From: a virus
Taxonomy: Duplodnaviria > Caudoviricetes
Virus record (IMG/VR): IMGVR_UViG_3300009183_004565
Length of the DNA: 64,000 nucleotides
Strand: one strand, 5' to 3'
The notes beneath the pieces are model-generated. The model searched no databases and was not told where the DNA came from. It saw only the letters and a program-made list of their open reading frames with translations. Each line of letters starts with the position of its first letter. Within the stretch, counting starts at the first letter, position 1. A program made the translations under genes and the position numbers. This document shows, in pieces, positions 29,448-38,371 of this stretch.

Positions 29448-29669
29448 ATGACCAAACGTGCCGAAATAGAAATACAAGAGCTAGATCCTGAATATCAAGA
29501 CATCGGCGATGAAGATTATGGTTTTATCTTTGATGCCGATGGAAACTTGAAGTATGCATTTATTCCTGAAGTTCGCCCCGATAAACCTCCGAAAAGTATT
29601 GCAAAGATAATGAAGATATTGGGCGTGATTGACCTAGATCAATTTGACGACGACATAACTATCCATTGA
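29448..29669 (+). CDS. Hypothetical acidic protein
   Basis: TAAATA and SD ggagg upstream. Confidence 0.6.
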   Translation: MTKRAEIEIQELDPEYQDIGDEDYGFIFDADGNLKYAFIPEVRPDKPPKSIAKIMKILGVIDLDQFDDDITIH

Positions 29670-29694
29670 CCAAAAAGATCCTTTTTGCTATACT
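29666..29694 (+). promoter_or_regulatory. Early promoter with palindromic spacer
   Basis: TTGACC-aaaaagatcctttttgc-TATACT; ATG follows 6 nt later. Confidence 0.75.
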
Positions 29695-29700
29695 TAGAGC

Positions 29701-29931
29701 ATGAAAAAGGACATCGTATTTTATCTTAAATGGCTTGCTACTTTAGTAACTATTGCAGGAGCCATTTGCACCAGCATTAACATGTACCCTGAGGGCCCGG
29801 CCCTGCTTAACGTGGGTGCATTCTTGTGGCTCATTGTTTCCATAATATGGCGGGAATGGAGCCTTATTGTTATTAATGCAACATTGTTGCTGATCTACAC
29901 AGTAGGACTTGTTGTTAAATTACTAACTTAA
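29701..29931 (+). CDS. Small membrane protein
   Basis: Three hydrophobic segments; no SD, apparently leaderless. Confidence 0.65.
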   Translation: MKKDIVFYLKWLATLVTIAGAICTSINMYPEGPALLNVGAFLWLIVSIIWREWSLIVINATLLLIYTVGLVVKLLT

Positions 29932-29940
29932 AGGTGCAAC

Positions 29941-30129
29941 ATGGAGTTTAATAAAGTGTTACAAAAATTGTATTCTGAAACAATTGATTTTAGATATAGC
30001 CGAAAAACTAAAAGTTATTCTGTAGTTCGCCTGAATGCAGATCCGTCTATGGTGCTATACAAAGACGGTGTTGCTAGAAAAACAACAGAAGAAGAAATTC
30101 AACGACAACTTGCTAAATTACTAAAATAA
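29941..30129 (+). CDS. Hypothetical protein
   Basis: 62-aa ORF with aaggt SD. Confidence 0.5.
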   Translation: MEFNKVLQKLYSETIDFRYSRKTKSYSVVRLNADPSMVLYKDGVARKTTEEEIQRQLAKLLK

Positions 30130-30135
30130 TTTTGG

Positions 30136-30164
30136 TAGACCAAAAAAGCCCATTTTGCTATAAT
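30136..30164 (+). promoter_or_regulatory. Early promoter, repeated cassette
   Basis: TAGACC-aaaaaagcccattttgc-TATAAT. Confidence 0.75.
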
Positions 30165-30195
30165 GTTTGTACATTAACTAATAAGGAGCAAAATT

Positions 30196-30468
30196 ATGTT
30201 AGCAAACACTAAACAAATTCGCGCTGTTATTAATCAAGCAATCGCACAAAATCAGGGTTGTGTAACTAGCACATATACAGATGCTCCTATATTATCACAA
30301 CCAAAACTTACAACCAAACGCTATGTATCCTATTACATGCGTCGTAACACTCGTGCAACCAGCCTTGCAATTTTAGCAACAGCACAAAACATTGCTAAAA
30401 ATCTGGGTTACACAAACACAATTACTTGTGTAAATCGCAACATTCGTGCAGTAGCAGTTCTTGCATAA
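30196..30468 (+). CDS. Hypothetical early protein
   Basis: AAGGAG SD, own promoter. Confidence 0.65.
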   Translation: MLANTKQIRAVINQAIAQNQGCVTSTYTDAPILSQPKLTTKRYVSYYMRRNTRATSLAILATAQNIAKNLGYTNTITCVNRNIRAVAVLA

Positions 30469-30475
30469 AAAACGG

Positions 30476-30504
30476 TAGACCAAAAATATCCATTTTGCTA
30501 TAAT
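30476..30504 (+). promoter_or_regulatory. Early promoter, repeated cassette
   Basis: TAGACC-aaaaatatccattttgc-TATAAT. Confidence 0.75.
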
Positions 30505-30534
30505 ATGTGTATAGTAACTAACAAGGAGTCGAAG

Positions 30535-30762
30535 ATGAGAGAAGATCATAAGCGTATGTTTGGTATGAGTGAAGACGCAATCCGCGAGCAATACATGCAA
30601 TCAATTACTGCTCGTTTGAGTGGCTTGGAGATGGTAGTTATGGGCGTATTGAGCGATGCACAAGAGTTGTTGACTATGGGTCACGCAGAAGCTGCTCGTA
30701 AGCAGATGAACATTGCCAAGTTTATTCTTTGCGAAATGATGGACGCTCGGGAGGCAGCGTAA
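30535..30762 (+). CDS. Hypothetical early protein
   Basis: AAGGAG SD before ATG 30535; ORF-track start 30505 abuts the -10 box. Confidence 0.65.
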   Translation: MREDHKRMFGMSEDAIREQYMQSITARLSGLEMVVMGVLSDAQELLTMGHAEAARKQMNIAKFILCEMMDAREAA

Positions 30763-30848
30763 TGACCGGTCTGAGTGCCGTTGCTTTTATCGCAGCCTTG
30801 CTCACAATGCGGGCTTATTTCAAAGGTTGGAAATGGGAGGAAGTATAA
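30762..30848 (+). CDS. 28-aa membrane micropeptide (not in ORF track)
   Basis: MTGLSAVAFIAALLTMRAYFKGWKWEEV; TAATG coupling at both ends, ggagg SD. Confidence 0.55.
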   Translation: MTGLSAVAFIAALLTMRAYFKGWKWEEV

Positions 30849-31051
30849 TGAGTATTCAACTTATTACAGACGGCCACAATGGTCGTGGTGATCGTGTTAT
30901 TTTGTGGCGCACCAATGATTACACTTACGAGCTGGACATTGGTACAGGTATCTACAAGAAGAACTTGAAGTTTCACGAGACTGAATACTACGAGGCCCTG
31001 GAATATTTCAATGTTGCTGTGATGAATTACCAAGACGTGGAGGAAGCGTAA
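30848..31051 (+). CDS. Hypothetical protein
   Basis: TAATG-coupled start at 30848 with ggagg SD. Confidence 0.6.
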   Translation: MSIQLITDGHNGRGDRVILWRTNDYTYELDIGTGIYKKNLKFHETEYYEALEYFNVAVMNYQDVEEA

Positions 31052-31230
31052 TGAATAATCCAATTCCCAAGAACGGCATGTTCTATACGCCGGAAAATTT
31101 TAAAGAACTATTTGAGCGGTTAGACAGCTTCTCCAATGGGCAAGAGAAAGCATTGGCCTATCAGATTGCTATGCTGACGTTGAATGCTTGCAGTCTTGCA
31201 GTAGATAAGATGATCGAGGAGACAGTATAA
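31051..31230 (+). CDS. 59-aa hypothetical protein (not in ORF track)
   Basis: MNNPIPKNGMFYTPENF...EETV; TAATG coupling at both ends, ggagg SD. Confidence 0.6.
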   Translation: MNNPIPKNGMFYTPENFKELFERLDSFSNGQEKALAYQIAMLTLNACSLAVDKMIEETV

Positions 31231-31622
31231 TGAATTTTGATCGCCAGGTTAGTTTTGTTACCCGCACAGACGGCAAAGGTTATTGGAGCACAGTAGCAAG
31301 AAAGTCTATTCGTATTAATCGTGTTGCAATTGCCTCGGTTAGTGATTATGGTGAATATGGCGAACTACGTGCCTACTTTGATGAAAGTGAATGGAATGTT
31401 GAAACCGACGGCTTGATCTATTCCAACCAGGCCTGGATGAAGTCGTTCCGTAGTTGTATGGCAACTTTGGGATTTAGTGTTCAAGCACTTGCTGCCATCA
31501 GTTATACCGAGCAAGGTATGCAAGGCACTGACTATGTTAGTCTGGATGTGGGTCAAGATTTTTTAACCCAATGCACACCCTTGTACCGTTTTATTTTTAC
31601 TAAAGAAGCAGTAAATAGTTAA
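31230..31622 (+). CDS. Hypothetical protein
   Basis: 130-aa ORF, TAATG-coupled, gagga SD. Confidence 0.65.
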   Translation: MNFDRQVSFVTRTDGKGYWSTVARKSIRINRVAIASVSDYGEYGELRAYFDESEWNVETDGLIYSNQAWMKSFRSCMATLGFSVQALAAISYTEQGMQGTDYVSLDVGQDFLTQCTPLYRFIFTKEAVNS

Positions 31623-31623
31623 T

Positions 31624-31773
31624 ATGATTAAGACTAAAACACTTCCTGTACAGCGTACCCGAGCACATCGTGTTTTGTTTGAGACTGGCAGTCCGTTTAA
31701 GTCGCGTACAGTGGAAAATAAAACCCGTTATCAACGTAACACCAAACATAGGGAAAGATCGTATGACGCCTGA
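31624..31773 (+). CDS. 49-aa basic protein, ArfA-like (not in ORF track)
   Basis: MIKTKTLPVQRTRAHRVLFETGSPFKSRTVENKTRYQRNTKHRERSYDA; loosely parallels ArfA LHDPLFRQRVEKN..Y.RKGKH; TAAATA 6 nt upstream. Confidence 0.4.
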   Translation: MIKTKTLPVQRTRAHRVLFETGSPFKSRTVENKTRYQRNTKHRERSYDA

Positions 31774-31942
31774 TTATAGCCCACGTTTTTATAAAAGCGT
31801 AAGTCTAAACCGTAAGCGTCATGTTGTTGATGCTATGTTAGAAGACCTACACGAACAGTATTTTACCATGATTGAACGAGCACTGGAACATAGCAATATG
31901 CAGCAGGCCCGTGATGTAATCGAGTACGTGCAAGCCCTGTAG
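31763..31942 (+). CDS. Hypothetical protein
   Basis: Start moved to ATG 31763 (in frame with the track ORF); followed by a terminator. Confidence 0.55.
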   Translation: MTPDYSPRFYKSVSLNRKRHVVDAMLEDLHEQYFTMIERALEHSNMQQARDVIEYVQAL

Positions 31943-31968
31943 TTTCTCCTCGGAAAAGTGAAGTTTTC

Positions 31969-31994
31969 AAACCCGCTTAGGCGGGTTTTCTTTT
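31969..31994 (+). terminator. Intrinsic terminator
   Basis: aaacccgc-ttag-gcgggttttctttt. Confidence 0.85.
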
Positions 31995-32048
31995 ATCCGA
32001 AATTCCATAATTCCCAAGCTAAATAACAAATATACATTTGAGATTGGC

Positions 32049-32714
32049 ATGGCCGCAAACGGAATATCAACATTAGCAACAAAAGAACTAAAGCAAAAGG
32101 CTAAACTTGACTTAGCGGCTTCAGACCGAGCCGCTCGCAGCAAGGCTAGATCAACCTATGATCTAAGTCAGCTACCAACTCAATATAACGATAACAGTAT
32201 CGTTAACAATCCAAACAGCGGGGGATTAGTTCGAGGACGCCCATGGATTACCACAGTCTCTGCCTTTACATTCTACGAAGCATTTGGAACAACTACAGCA
32301 ATATCAACCACACAGTATGTAAGTGGTAACAAGATATACGCTGAATCATCAACATATGATGTTCCTAGTTTTCAACCTGCCAGAGTACTTGTTAATGATA
32401 TCGAAGTACTACTTCAGGGAGATAGCCCACTTCCATATGGCCGTGGTCACAACTTGGTAGTGCTAGACTCCAATGGTAATGTTGTTACCGCAGCCACACA
32501 GTATGATACTTACATTAGTCCTGCTAATCTAACCACATTAATTTCAGCATTAAATGCAGTAGCAAGCGGAAACATTGTGGTGTTAGTAACGTATGATGCT
32601 TCGGCAGTAAGTGCTGGGCTACGTTCAGCAATTAACACAGGTTACGGATCCACTAATGCTAACACATGGGCGGCAGGTAGAAATAGCCACATTTTTATTG
32701 GCGTAAAAATTTAA
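32049..32714 (+). CDS. Virion protein with C-terminal ILEI/PANDER-like (GG-lectin-like) domain
   Basis: GRGHNLVVLD...QYDTY...NIVVLVTYDAS...GRNSHIFIG. Confidence 0.55.
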   Translation: MAANGISTLATKELKQKAKLDLAASDRAARSKARSTYDLSQLPTQYNDNSIVNNPNSGGLVRGRPWITTVSAFTFYEAFGTTTAISTTQYVSGNKIYAESSTYDVPSFQPARVLVNDIEVLLQGDSPLPYGRGHNLVVLDSNGNVVTAATQYDTYISPANLTTLISALNAVASGNIVVLVTYDASAVSAGLRSAINTGYGSTNANTWAAGRNSHIFIGVKI

Positions 32715-32817
32715 TGTAGTTGGGGCAAATGTTTTTAATCCCAAATTAACCCAAAACAGTTGACAGCATCACAGTAGTCTGCTATATTAGCAAGACTATT
32801 CTAAATAAATACTGACT

Positions 32818-34458
32818 ATGATATTCGGTTACTTAATGATGGCAATTGCCATCTCCATTAGTGCTATTGCCGCTTGGTATTCGGTAGAAGGTCTTACTGC
32901 CATATTTGCTGCAGCCGTGGTTCCTGTGATTATCATGGGCGGCGCATTAGAAGCTGGCAAGATCACTGCCACAGTTTGGTTACATAATAACTGGGCTAGA
33001 ATTTCGTGGGCATATAAAACTTATCTTATTCCGGCCATTGTGTTCCTGATGCTGTTAACCAGTATGGGTATCTTTGGCTTCTTAAGCAAAGCACATTCGG
33101 ATCAAAGTCTAGTCAGTGGTGATGCAATGAGTAAAGTTGCCATCTACGATGAACAGATTAAAACCGAAAAAGACAACATAGACGCAAATAAACGAGCATT
33201 GCAACAAATGGATGCACAGGTAGACAGTTTACTTGGTCGTACGGATACCGAACGTGGCGCCGAAAGAGCTGTGCTAGTACGTAAACAGCAGGCCCGAGAA
33301 CGTGCCAGCCTACAAACAGAAATTGTAACTGCACAAAAGAAAATTGCCCGACTACAAGAAGAACGAGCACCTCTAGCAGCCGAGTTTAGAAAGATTGAAG
33401 CCGATGTTGGTCCAGTAAAATACATTGCAGCCTTTGTCTACGGTGACAATCCGGATGCTAATGTATTAGAACGTGCTGTAAGTTGGATCATTATTCTTAT
33501 TGTCGTAGTTTTTGATCCACTGGCCTTGTGTTTAATTCTGGCGTCCAATAAACAATTAGAATGGGCGAGAGAAGATAAAGCTCGCAAGCATGATGAGGAT
33601 CAGGAACCAGGACCAATGGAACGGACAGTTTTTGAGCCAAAGGAATCACGACCTCATGATCCTTATCCTCCATTAACTGAAGAACAGTTAGAACAAATAC
33701 GAGCCATTGCGGCCAATGCTGCTGTGGATCAATTAGAGAAACCTGACCCTGTGGTTGAAGTTATAGAACCCGAAGTGGAACAGTTCTTTGCCAATGCACA
33801 AGCTGTAGCACAGAAAATTGATAGTGGTGAGTATCGTACGGAAGATCTCAACATTCCGGTATTGGAAAATGAAGAGACATGGGCACAACGTGTTATTGAT
33901 GAACACAAAGAACAAGCCGAAGAGCAAGCTGCTGAACAAGCTTCACACGAAGCACTGGTAAAATTATTTCAAGATAATGCACCCAAAGAAGTTGAACAAA
34001 CAGTTGAAGAAACACCACCGGAGCCTGAAAAGCCCGTAGACGAATTTAATACTCCAATACGCCGTGGTGCTGACTATGCTGTTCGCTATCGTGGTAAAGT
34101 GTATAATCTAGATGCATTCAATGCATTGCACCCAAGCCTTGCAATTCAAGCTGATAATGAAACGCTAGAAAATGCCAGCCAATGCGGGTTTGGTGACACC
34201 TTCCCAAATACTCCACTGAAAGGTGATATGTTTATTCGTACAGACTATCTACCTGAGCGTTTGTTTAAGTGGAACGGCGCAAAGTGGATCGAAGTAGATA
34301 AAAACACAACTGATAGTTATACATATAATCAAGCATACATACAGCATCTGATATCTAAATTAGAAGCTGGCGAATACGAAATTGAAGATCTAAGCGATGC
34401 TGAGCAAGCTCAAGTCGAACAACAAATCGAAGATATTTTAAAAAATAAAAATGCATAG
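32818..34458 (+). CDS. Membrane-anchored coiled-coil protein
   Basis: Three N-terminal TM helices, long coiled coil, fourth TM (IIILIVVVFDPLA), acidic C-terminal half; sigma70-like TTGACA-17-TATATT and TAAATA upstream. Confidence 0.7.
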   Translation: MIFGYLMMAIAISISAIAAWYSVEGLTAIFAAAVVPVIIMGGALEAGKITATVWLHNNWARISWAYKTYLIPAIVFLMLLTSMGIFGFLSKAHSDQSLVSGDAMSKVAIYDEQIKTEKDNIDANKRALQQMDAQVDSLLGRTDTERGAERAVLVRKQQARERASLQTEIVTAQKKIARLQEERAPLAAEFRKIEADVGPVKYIAAFVYGDNPDANVLERAVSWIIILIVVVFDPLALCLILASNKQLEWAREDKARKHDEDQEPGPMERTVFEPKESRPHDPYPPLTEEQLEQIRAIAANAAVDQLEKPDPVVEVIEPEVEQFFANAQAVAQKIDSGEYRTEDLNIPVLENEETWAQRVIDEHKEQAEEQAAEQASHEALVKLFQDNAPKEVEQTVEETPPEPEKPVDEFNTPIRRGADYAVRYRGKVYNLDAFNALHPSLAIQADNETLENASQCGFGDTFPNTPLKGDMFIRTDYLPERLFKWNGAKWIEVDKNTTDSYTYNQAYIQHLISKLEAGEYEIEDLSDAEQAQVEQQIEDILKNKNA

Positions 34459-34795
34459 TAATTTAATTACACCACCTGATTTTGTTAAAGATTCTTTACA
34501 CACAGTGACCTTGATAAATCTTACAGAAAACGAAATCGAGCTTGTAGCCAGAATGTGTGCTGCCAGCGACGAAATGTTTAACATTTATGTGTATCGAACA
34601 GAAATGCAAGATCTAACATGGTTAGATCGTGCTGTGGAAATCAGTGATGCTGTAATACTCAATTGTGCTGTGGATTTTGAGTACAATTTTAAAGTGAGTA
34701 ATATGGAAAAAACTCATACATTAGATTTTCCCACGCACACTCAAAATTTAAATCACGTACTAGATTATTTTGAGAATAGAATCACAAAGAAATAA
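34451..34795 (+). CDS. Hypothetical protein
   Basis: 114-aa ORF overlapping the previous stop. Confidence 0.6.
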   Translation: MHSNLITPPDFVKDSLHTVTLINLTENEIELVARMCAASDEMFNIYVYRTEMQDLTWLDRAVEISDAVILNCAVDFEYNFKVSNMEKTHTLDFPTHTQNLNHVLDYFENRITKK

Positions 34796-34805
34796 ATATT
34801 TGACT

Positions 34806-35045
34806 ATGGCCTACGAAAAACCAAACAAAGTTATTGGAAATTTAGTTATTGTAACCCAAGACAATGTGGAAAAAGCCCTACGCAAATTCAAAAAGAAAGT
34901 GGCCGAATCCGGACTACTACAAGATCTTCGTGAGCGCGAAACTTACGAAAAACCTACTACCCGCAGAAAAAAAGCCAAAGCCGCTGCACGGCGTCGTTGG
35001 AAGAAAAAGCTGTCCGATGAACAATTGCCAAAAAAATTGTTCTAA
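34806..35045 (+). CDS. rpsU: Ribosomal protein bS21
   Basis: NVEKALRKFKKKV..GLLQDLRERETYEKPTTRRKK; ATG 34806 lies 7 nt after AATAAATA. Confidence 0.9.
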   Translation: MAYEKPNKVIGNLVIVTQDNVEKALRKFKKKVAESGLLQDLRERETYEKPTTRRKKAKAAARRRWKKKLSDEQLPKKLF

Positions 35046-35056
35046 ATCAAAAAATT

Positions 35057-35135
35057 TGCTATAATACAGGTATAAATAATTGTGTAGGATGCTTCGGGTC
35101 CTATAAAACTTGCTTATTTTTAAGGAGAAACTATG
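35057..35135 (+). promoter_or_regulatory. dnaK leader: extended -10, late promoter, UUCG hairpin and ROSE-like SD-occluding hairpin
   Basis: TGCTATAAT 35057-35065, TATAAATA 35071-35078, gtaggat-g-c-TTCG-g-gtcctat 35084-35104, CTTGCTT 35109-35115 complementary (bulged G) to AAGGAG 35122-35127. Confidence 0.7.
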
Positions 35136-37019
35136 AGTACAATCATTGGTATCGATCTTGGTACCACCAATAGCTGCGTAGCAGTAATCGAAAACGGAAC
35201 CCCAAAAGTAATTGAAAATTCAGAAGGCGCACGTACTACACCTAGTATCGTTGCCTATACTGCTGAAGAGATTATTGTGGGAGCCGGTGCAAAACGTCAA
35301 GCAGTTACCAATCCAAAAAACACAATCTATGCGTCCAAGCGTTTAATAGGGCGTAAATTTACGGAACAGGCAGTTCAAAAAGATATTGATCTCATGCCTT
35401 ACAAGATCATCGAAAGCGCGAACGGCGATGCATGGGTGTCAGTCAACGACACGGAACTAGCACCTCCACAAATCAGTGCCGAAGTGCTTCGCAAAATGAA
35501 GAAGACCGCAGAAGACTATCTGGGTCATGAAGTAACACAGGCTGTAATTACTGTGCCTGCTTACTTCAATGACAGTCAACGACAGGCAACCAAAGATGCC
35601 GGAGCAATTGCTGGACTAGAAGTATTGCGTATTATCAATGAGCCAACTGCAGCAGCATTGGCATACGGAGTCGATAAAAATGAAAAAGCTGATCGCAAGA
35701 TCGCTGTGTACGATCTGGGTGGTGGTACCTTTGATGTTAGCATTATTGACATTGCTAATGTGGACGGTGATAAGCAATTTGAAGTCCTTTCCACCAATGG
35801 TGATACATTCCTAGGCGGTGAAGACTTTGACCAACGCATCATGGATTACTTGATCACTGAGTTTAAGAAAGAGTCAGGCGTTGATCTTGGTCGAGACGTT
35901 ATGGCACTGCAACGTCTAAAAGAAGCTGCAGAACGTACCAAGATTGAATTGAGTAACAGCACACAAACAGATGTGAACTTGCCTTACATCACAGCAGATG
36001 CTACAGGTCCCAAGCACATGAACATCAAGATGACTCGTGCTAAACTGGAAAGCCTAGTTGATGAATTGATTCAGCGCAGTATTGAACCTTGCCGTGTTGC
36101 AATGAAGGACGCAGGTGTCGTAGCCACGGACATCGATGAAGTTATCCTTGTTGGTGGTATGACACGTATGCCACGGGTTCAGGAAGAAGTTGAAAAGTTA
36201 TTTGGACGAGCACCACGTCGTGATGTCAATCCAGATGAAGCAGTAGCGGTTGGTGCAGCAGTACAAGGTGCTGTACTAGGTGGTAGCCGTAAAGACGTTC
36301 TATTACTTGATGTGACCCCACTAAGCCTAGGTATTGAAACCATGGGCGGCGTGATGACGAAACTAATCCAAAAGAATACCACTATTCCTACCAAGCATAG
36401 CCAGGTATTCTCTACAGCCGAAGACAACCAGCCGGCAGTAACTATCAAAGTCTATCAAGGCGAACGCGAACTTGTACAATATAATAAAACATTAGGTGAG
36501 TTTAATCTAGAAGGAATTCAACCTGCTCGACGTGGTGTACCGCAAGTAGAAGTCACGCTGGATGTTGACGCCAATGGTATTCTTAAAGTAAGTGCCAAAG
36601 ATAAAAGTACTGGCAAAGAAAACCGGATTACTATCAAGTCGGACAGTGGTCTAAGCCGAGAGCAGATTGAAGAAATGATTCGCGATGCCGAAGCTAATGC
36701 AGATGCAGACACAAAGCAACGTGAATTGATCGAAGTACGTAACCAAGCAGATGCAGTTGTCCACAAGATTCAAACTGATATGAAAGAAGCGGAAGGCAAG
36801 CTTTCGGAAGATCAGACGAAACAAATAGATGAGGCAATTGCCAACCTCAACAAGGCAATAGCAGAAACAGACAAAGAACTAATTACCACCAAGGTATCTG
36901 AGTTACTTGTTGCTGCGAATATTATTAATGAACTACAACAGCCGCAGACTACAGAAGAACAGCCCGAGCCTAAGGCCGATGACAATGTGGTTGACGCTGA
37001 ATTTAAAGAAACGAAGTAA
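35133..37019 (+). CDS. dnaK: Hsp70 chaperone DnaK
   Basis: [50 protein letters not shown]-terminal VVDAEFKE. Confidence 0.99.
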   Translation: MSTIIGIDLGTTNSCVAVIENGTPKVIENSEGARTTPSIVAYTAEEIIVGAGAKRQAVTNPKNTIYASKRLIGRKFTEQAVQKDIDLMPYKIIESANGDAWVSVNDTELAPPQISAEVLRKMKKTAEDYLGHEVTQAVITVPAYFNDSQRQATKDAGAIAGLEVLRIINEPTAAALAYGVDKNEKADRKIAVYDLGGGTFDVSIIDIANVDGDKQFEVLSTNGDTFLGGEDFDQRIMDYLITEFKKESGVDLGRDVMALQRLKEAAERTKIELSNSTQTDVNLPYITADATGPKHMNIKMTRAKLESLVDELIQRSIEPCRVAMKDAGVVATDIDEVILVGGMTRMPRVQEEVEKLFGRAPRRDVNPDEAVAVGAAVQGAVLGGSRKDVLLLDVTPLSLGIETMGGVMTKLIQKNTTIPTKHSQVFSTAEDNQPAVTIKVYQGERELVQYNKTLGEFNLEGIQPARRGVPQVEVTLDVDANGILKVSAKDKSTGKENRITIKSDSGLSREQIEEMIRDAEANADADTKQRELIEVRNQADAVVHKIQTDMKEAEGKLSEDQTKQIDEAIANLNKAIAETDKELITTKVSELLVAANIINELQQPQTTEEQPEPKADDNVVDAEFKETK

Positions 37020-37028
37020 AGAATATGC

Positions 37029-37096
37029 AGCCTGGATGCCTTCGGGGTCCAGGCTCATATATGTCATACTTGCTTATATGAAAGGAGAAAATTATG
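37029..37096 (+). promoter_or_regulatory. hsp20 leader: UUCG hairpin and ROSE-like SD-occluding hairpin
   Basis: agcctggat-g-cc-TTCG-gg-gtccaggct 37029-37055; CTTGCTT 37069-37075 pairs with AAGGAG 37082-37087. Confidence 0.75.
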
Positions 37097-37531
37097 ACAA
37101 CCTATATTACAACTTTTGACCTACCAACTCTAGCTCGCCACGCTGTTGGCTTTGATAGATTGTTTACTACTCTAAATCGAAACTTTGCTAACAGTAAAGT
37201 TAACGATAACTATCCTCCGCACAATATTGTGCAAATTGACGAAACGCATTATGCTATTCAACTAGCAGTTGCTGGCTTTGCCGAGGACGAACTAGAAATT
37301 GAATACAAAGACAATGTTCTAACAGTTAACGGCAATCAGAAACAAAAGGACGAACTCACATATCACTATCGTGGTATTAGTGCTCGCTCATTCACTCGTA
37401 GTTTCCCACTTGCTGATCACATGGAAGTACGTGGTGCTACTGTAGTAAATGGTATTCTTGCAATTAGTATTGAGCATATGATTCCCGAAGAGGAAAAAGC
37501 CAAGAAGATTGCAATTACCTTCACTAAGTAA
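37094..37531 (+). CDS. Small heat shock protein (Hsp20/IbpA family)
   Basis: GFDRLF, YPPHNIV, LAVAGF, YRGISARSFTRSF, NGILAI. Confidence 0.95.
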   Translation: MTTYITTFDLPTLARHAVGFDRLFTTLNRNFANSKVNDNYPPHNIVQIDETHYAIQLAVAGFAEDELEIEYKDNVLTVNGNQKQKDELTYHYRGISARSFTRSFPLADHMEVRGATVVNGILAISIEHMIPEEEKAKKIAITFTK

Positions 37532-37583
37532 TATAATGTAGTAGTAGGGGAGATTCCTTTCCCCTACTTAACTTGATGATGAT

Positions 37584-37895
37584 ATGAGCAAAACAGATAT
37601 TATTGTAAAACCAAAAATTCAAACTAAAACAAATATTCAACCTCCTGGGTTGTTTAATGTGATCTATTTAAACGACGATACTACTACAATGGAGTTTGTA
37701 GTTGAATCATTGAAGATAATTTTTCATCACAGTGAAGAAACAGCCGTTGAACTTACTCATAAAATTCATGAAGATGGGTCAACTGTAGTCAGTACATTAC
37801 CTTATGAAATTGCCGAACAAAAAGGTGTAGAAGCCACACTACTTGCTCGTACCAATGGTTTCCCTCTCAACGTTAAACTAGAACCCGCAACCTAA
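37584..37895 (+). CDS. clpS: ATP-dependent Clp protease adaptor ClpS
   Basis: VIYLNDDTTTMEFVVESL, IHEDG, YEIAEQK, GFPL. Confidence 0.93.
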   Translation: MSKTDIIVKPKIQTKTNIQPPGLFNVIYLNDDTTTMEFVVESLKIIFHHSEETAVELTHKIHEDGSTVVSTLPYEIAEQKGVEATLLARTNGFPLNVKLEPAT

Positions 37896-38369
37896 ATGAT
37901 ATTCAATAAAGTCAAAGAGCTTAAGGCACAAGGCCTTAAGATTGGTATTACCTTCAGTACCTTTGATATGTTACACGCCGGGCATATTGCTATGTTGTCG
38001 GAAGCAAAGAATCACTGCGATTACTTGATTGCCGGCCTGCAAACAGATCCCACTATAGATCGCCCGGATAGTAAGAATCCTCCGGTACAGAGTATTGTGG
38101 AAAGACAGATCCAACTCAGTGCCACTAGATTTGTGGACGAAATAGTTGTTTATCAAACCGAACAAGACCTTATTGACCTCTTGCTTATATTACCTGTTGA
38201 TGTTAGAATACTAGGTGTAGAATATCAAAACAAAGATTTCACTGGCAAAAAAGAATGTTGGGATCGCGAAATTGAATTGATATTTAACGGACGGGATCAT
38301 AGTTTTAGTAGCAGCAGTCTACGTAAACGTGTAGCAGCAGCCGAATCATTGAAAGCACTAAAGGGATAA
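37896..38369 (+). CDS. Cytidylyltransferase (TagD/RfaE-like)
   Basis: FDMLHAGH (HxGH), RxxQL, R.HSFSSS. Confidence 0.88.
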   Translation: MIFNKVKELKAQGLKIGITFSTFDMLHAGHIAMLSEAKNHCDYLIAGLQTDPTIDRPDSKNPPVQSIVERQIQLSATRFVDEIVVYQTEQDLIDLLLILPVDVRILGVEYQNKDFTGKKECWDREIELIFNGRDHSFSSSSLRKRVAAAESLKALKG

Positions 38370-38371
38370 CA

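Noticed and set aside
35576-36766. Minus-strand ORFs antisense to dnaK, and similar shadows over the fibre, helicase, nrdA, iscU and 54865 genes
   Set aside because: They mirror conserved + strand genes in the complementary codon frame, with no RBS, promoter or motif.
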